From assembly GCA_028826165.1 (NCBI GenBank), contig JAPDFW010000122.1:101248-165247 (forward strand): DNA of 64,000 bases, read 5' to 3'. The number at the start of each line of letters is the position of its first letter. Position 1 is the stretch's first letter. The DNA is from Anaeramoeba ignava BMAN. Its lineage: Eukaryota > Protista > Anaeramoebae. Below the pieces are notes generated by a model that was not told the origin of the DNA, made no database searches, and saw only the letters and a list, made by a program, of their open reading frames with translations. This document shows positions 61,138 through 64,000 of this stretch, one piece after another. Both the position numbers and the translations under genes were made by a program.

Positions 61138-64000
61138 ATGGCAGAAAATAACCCAATAGTAATAGTTTTTATTGGAGGAGAACAATCTTCAAAGCATGAT
61201 TTTCTTGATTTTGAAAGAAGACAACAAATTCTTGGAAAACTTTCACCTTCAAATTTTTCACCTTTTGAAATAACAATCACAACTAAAGACAAAACAAGAA
61301 CAATAAGAATAATTGATGCCCCAACAAAAGAAACTGAAAAGCAAGAAAGAGACGAATTATTAGCGCAAACTGATATTATTGTTGTTTGTTTTTCACTAGT
61401 TTCTCAATCAAGTTATGATGAAGTTGAAAATGTTTTAATAAAAGAAGTTAATAATTTGGAAAAGAAAGTACCTACTTTTTTACTTGGAATTGGGACTGAT
61501 TTGAGAAATAGTGAAGATGTATTAAGCAAACTTTCTTCAAATCCCATTTCAGAAGAACAAGGAAAAGAACTTGCAAAAAAAATATCTGCAAAATCTTATT
61601 TTGAATGTGAATTATTTGGAAGAAATCAATTACAAATAATTAAGGATTTTATTGAAATTTTGGATGAAGAATTAAAAGAAGAAAATTTAAAAGAAGAAAA
61701 TTTAAAAGAAGAAAATTTAAAAGAAAATAATTTAAAAGAAGAAAATTTAAAAGAAAATAATTCAGAAGATAATTCAGAAGATGAAAAATTAGAGGAACAA
61801 AAACCTTTATCTATTAGTATTGAATCGCAAATTTATAACAACGAATTGATAATTGGAGAAAGTGCAAATAACCTCCCATATTTTAATGATTTAATTGAAT
61901 CAGAATTAAAAGCAAAAGAATCAATAAGACCAATTTCCGAAACAAAAAAATATAAAGTTATTGAAAAGAATATTATGCTTATTTCTGAAAGTATCGATTT
62001 TGCAATTGATTTTGCTGATACTTTCTTATTGATTTCTGATTCTCAAACTTATCTTCAACAAGATACAAACGATTTAAAAAATTTCTCAATTTCAATTCAA
62101 ATTTCAAATTCAACTTTAAATATCCATTTATTTTGTGTAGATTTAAATCAAGAAATTGAAAAAGATGAAAATCTTAAAAACATTGATACGTTTATGATTT
62201 TTTTTAATTCGGAGACAAAGGATCAACATTCAAAAATATTAAATTTCTGGAGAACAATTTTACTTCCTCTTCCAAATGAATATTTAATGGCAGTAATTAA
62301 TATCGATCCAAATGGTCAATCTTATAATGATAAAAAAGAACTTTTTTCTCAAAATTTGAAATTGGCTAAATTTGCAGCAGAAATAAAATCTTCTCATTTT
62401 TTCCAGATTAATTCTTGTACAAATGTAAATGATGTTGCAAAAGTTATGATTGAAATTTTAGCTGCTCAATTCCAAAATCTTTCAACCTTAAAATCAGAAT
62501 TACATCAAATTGTATTTAATGAGGAAATTAAGGATATGCAAAGAAAAAAAGAAGAACTTTTAGAGTTATCTTTAGTAAATTGAAAACAAATTTAATTGAA
62601 ACAATTTAATTCAAAAACAATTTAATTCAAAACAATTTTAATTCGAAAACAAATTTAATTCAAAACAAATTTAATTCAAAAACAATTTTAATTTAATTCA
62701 AAACAAATTTAATTCAAACAAATTTAATTCAAAACAAATTTAATTCAAAACAAATTTAATTCAAAACAAATTTAATTCAAAAACAATTTAATTCAAAATT
62801 TAATTCAAAACAAATTTAATTCAAAACAAATTTAATTCAAAACAAATTTTAATTCAAAACAAATTTAATTCAAAACAATTTAATTCAAAACAAATTTAAT
62901 TCAAAACAAATTTAATTCAAAAACAAATTTAATTCAAAACAAATTTAATTCAAAACAAATTTAATTCAAAACAATTTTAATTCAAAACAAATTTAATTCA
63001 AAAACAAATTTAATTTAATTCAAAACAATTTTAATTCAAAACAAATTTAATTCAAAACAAATTTAATTCTAAAACAAATTTTAATTCAAAACAAATTTAA
63101 TTCAAAACAATTTTAATTCAAAACAAAATTAATTCAAAACAAATTTAATTAAATTAATTCGAAAAAACTTAGGGAAAAAATGAATTGCATACAAAAATTT
63201 TACAAATTTGTAATACAGAAGATTTATTATCAACATTAAACAAAACAAAAAATCCAGATATAAGAATGGTATTCTTTAATTATTAAATATAATTTAATAT
63301 AATTTATTTAAATTCTTTATAATTTAGAAAGTAAGAAAAATATTTACTTAATTAATTAATATTTTTATTTATATATATTGATTATTTATGATTAGAATGT
63401 AAATTTTATAAAAAAGTTTTAATTTAAATTTGAATTTAATTTGATTCAAAATATTTTCCTTCTTTTTTTTTAAAAAAAATAAGAAAATGACTGGTTTGCA
63501 TCTTGCTTGTTTACATAATTCTCAAATTGATGTTATTAGAATTTTAGTAATTTCTGGAGCAGATGTTAATGCATTAGATGTAAAATAACAAAAATAATTA
63601 AGAAAATTTTAAAATTTTATTAAAATTATCTTAATTATTTATTTAGAGAGTAAATTTAATAAAATTTTTGATTTTTCAAATTAATTTATTTTGATAAACA
63701 AAATTAATTTTAAAAGAGAGTAAAAATAATGAAATTTTTCATTTCGAAATTTTATTATTTATTAAAATAATTATTTTTATAAATTTTTCTTTTTTTAAAA
63801 AATGAAATTATAAAAGAACAAAACACCTCTTCATTACGCTTGTGAAAATCAAGTTAGTTTTGAAATTATTCAATATTTACTTGATAAAGGATCTGATCCA
63901 AATTTAAAATCAGTAAATTAAAATTAAAATTAAAATTAAAATTATAACTAAAATCAAAAATTAAAATTAAATAGAATGTAAATTTTTTTGGATTTGGAAT
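61138..64000 (+). CDS. Degenerate Rho-like GTPase domain(s) + ankyrin repeats, 3' end beyond the window
   Basis: TDIIVVCFSLVSQSSY..VPTFLLGIGTDLR..ISEEQGKELAKKI..YFEC. Donor at 62575. Ankyrin exons 63173-63268, 63484-63579, 63817-63912 (TGLHLAC..GADVNALD, TPLHYAC..GSDPNLK). Confidence 0.8.
62590..63150. repeat. 16-bp intronic satellite (AAAACAAATTTAATTC)n
   Basis: Directly visible. Confidence 0.9.
63328..63977 (+). other. Five 3-nt microexons: 63328-30 AAA, 63396-98 AAT, 63647-49 AGA, 63717-19 AGA, 63975-77 AAT
   Basis: Each reads WAG-NNN-GTAA, is flanked by 59-97-nt introns, and restores the ankyrin loop spacing. Confidence 0.8.

Noticed and set aside
63328-63977. Recursive (zero-length) splice sites as the explanation of the AG..GT islands
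   Set aside because: AG and GT are separated by exactly 3 nt each time, and the ankyrin spacing needs the two extra codons

Overview
Extremely AT-rich, intron-containing eukaryotic nuclear DNA from an anaerobic protist. A spliced PFO, RCC1-BTB and BTB-TLDc genes, an intein and TCA-type initiator motifs suggest an Anaeramoeba-like metamonad (inference). Nineteen protein genes can be reconstructed by hand across GT-AG introns: Ras-like GTPase, LRMDA-like LRR, CS+Sel1+tail-anchor protein, PFO, RCC1-BTB, GPR137/TOM1-like, glucosidase II alpha, Rpt1, BTB-TLDc, MSH4 with an intein in its P-loop, NT-C2+DIL, Sin3-like, PIG-P, CENP-Q-like, SMCR8-like, GOST 7TM, UCHL3, GSKIP-like and USP48. A twentieth gene (pseudo-Rho + ankyrin) runs off the right end. 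Large introns and spacers are filled with locus-specific simple satellites, which generate most of the low-complexity ORFs in the track. The most striking signal is at 63173-63977: each ankyrin repeat is a 96-nt exon followed by two single-codon (3-nt) microexons that supply the variable beta-hairpin residues. Several apparent frameshifts lie in homopolymers and are probably assembly errors. Family assignments come from remembered motifs, not database searches.
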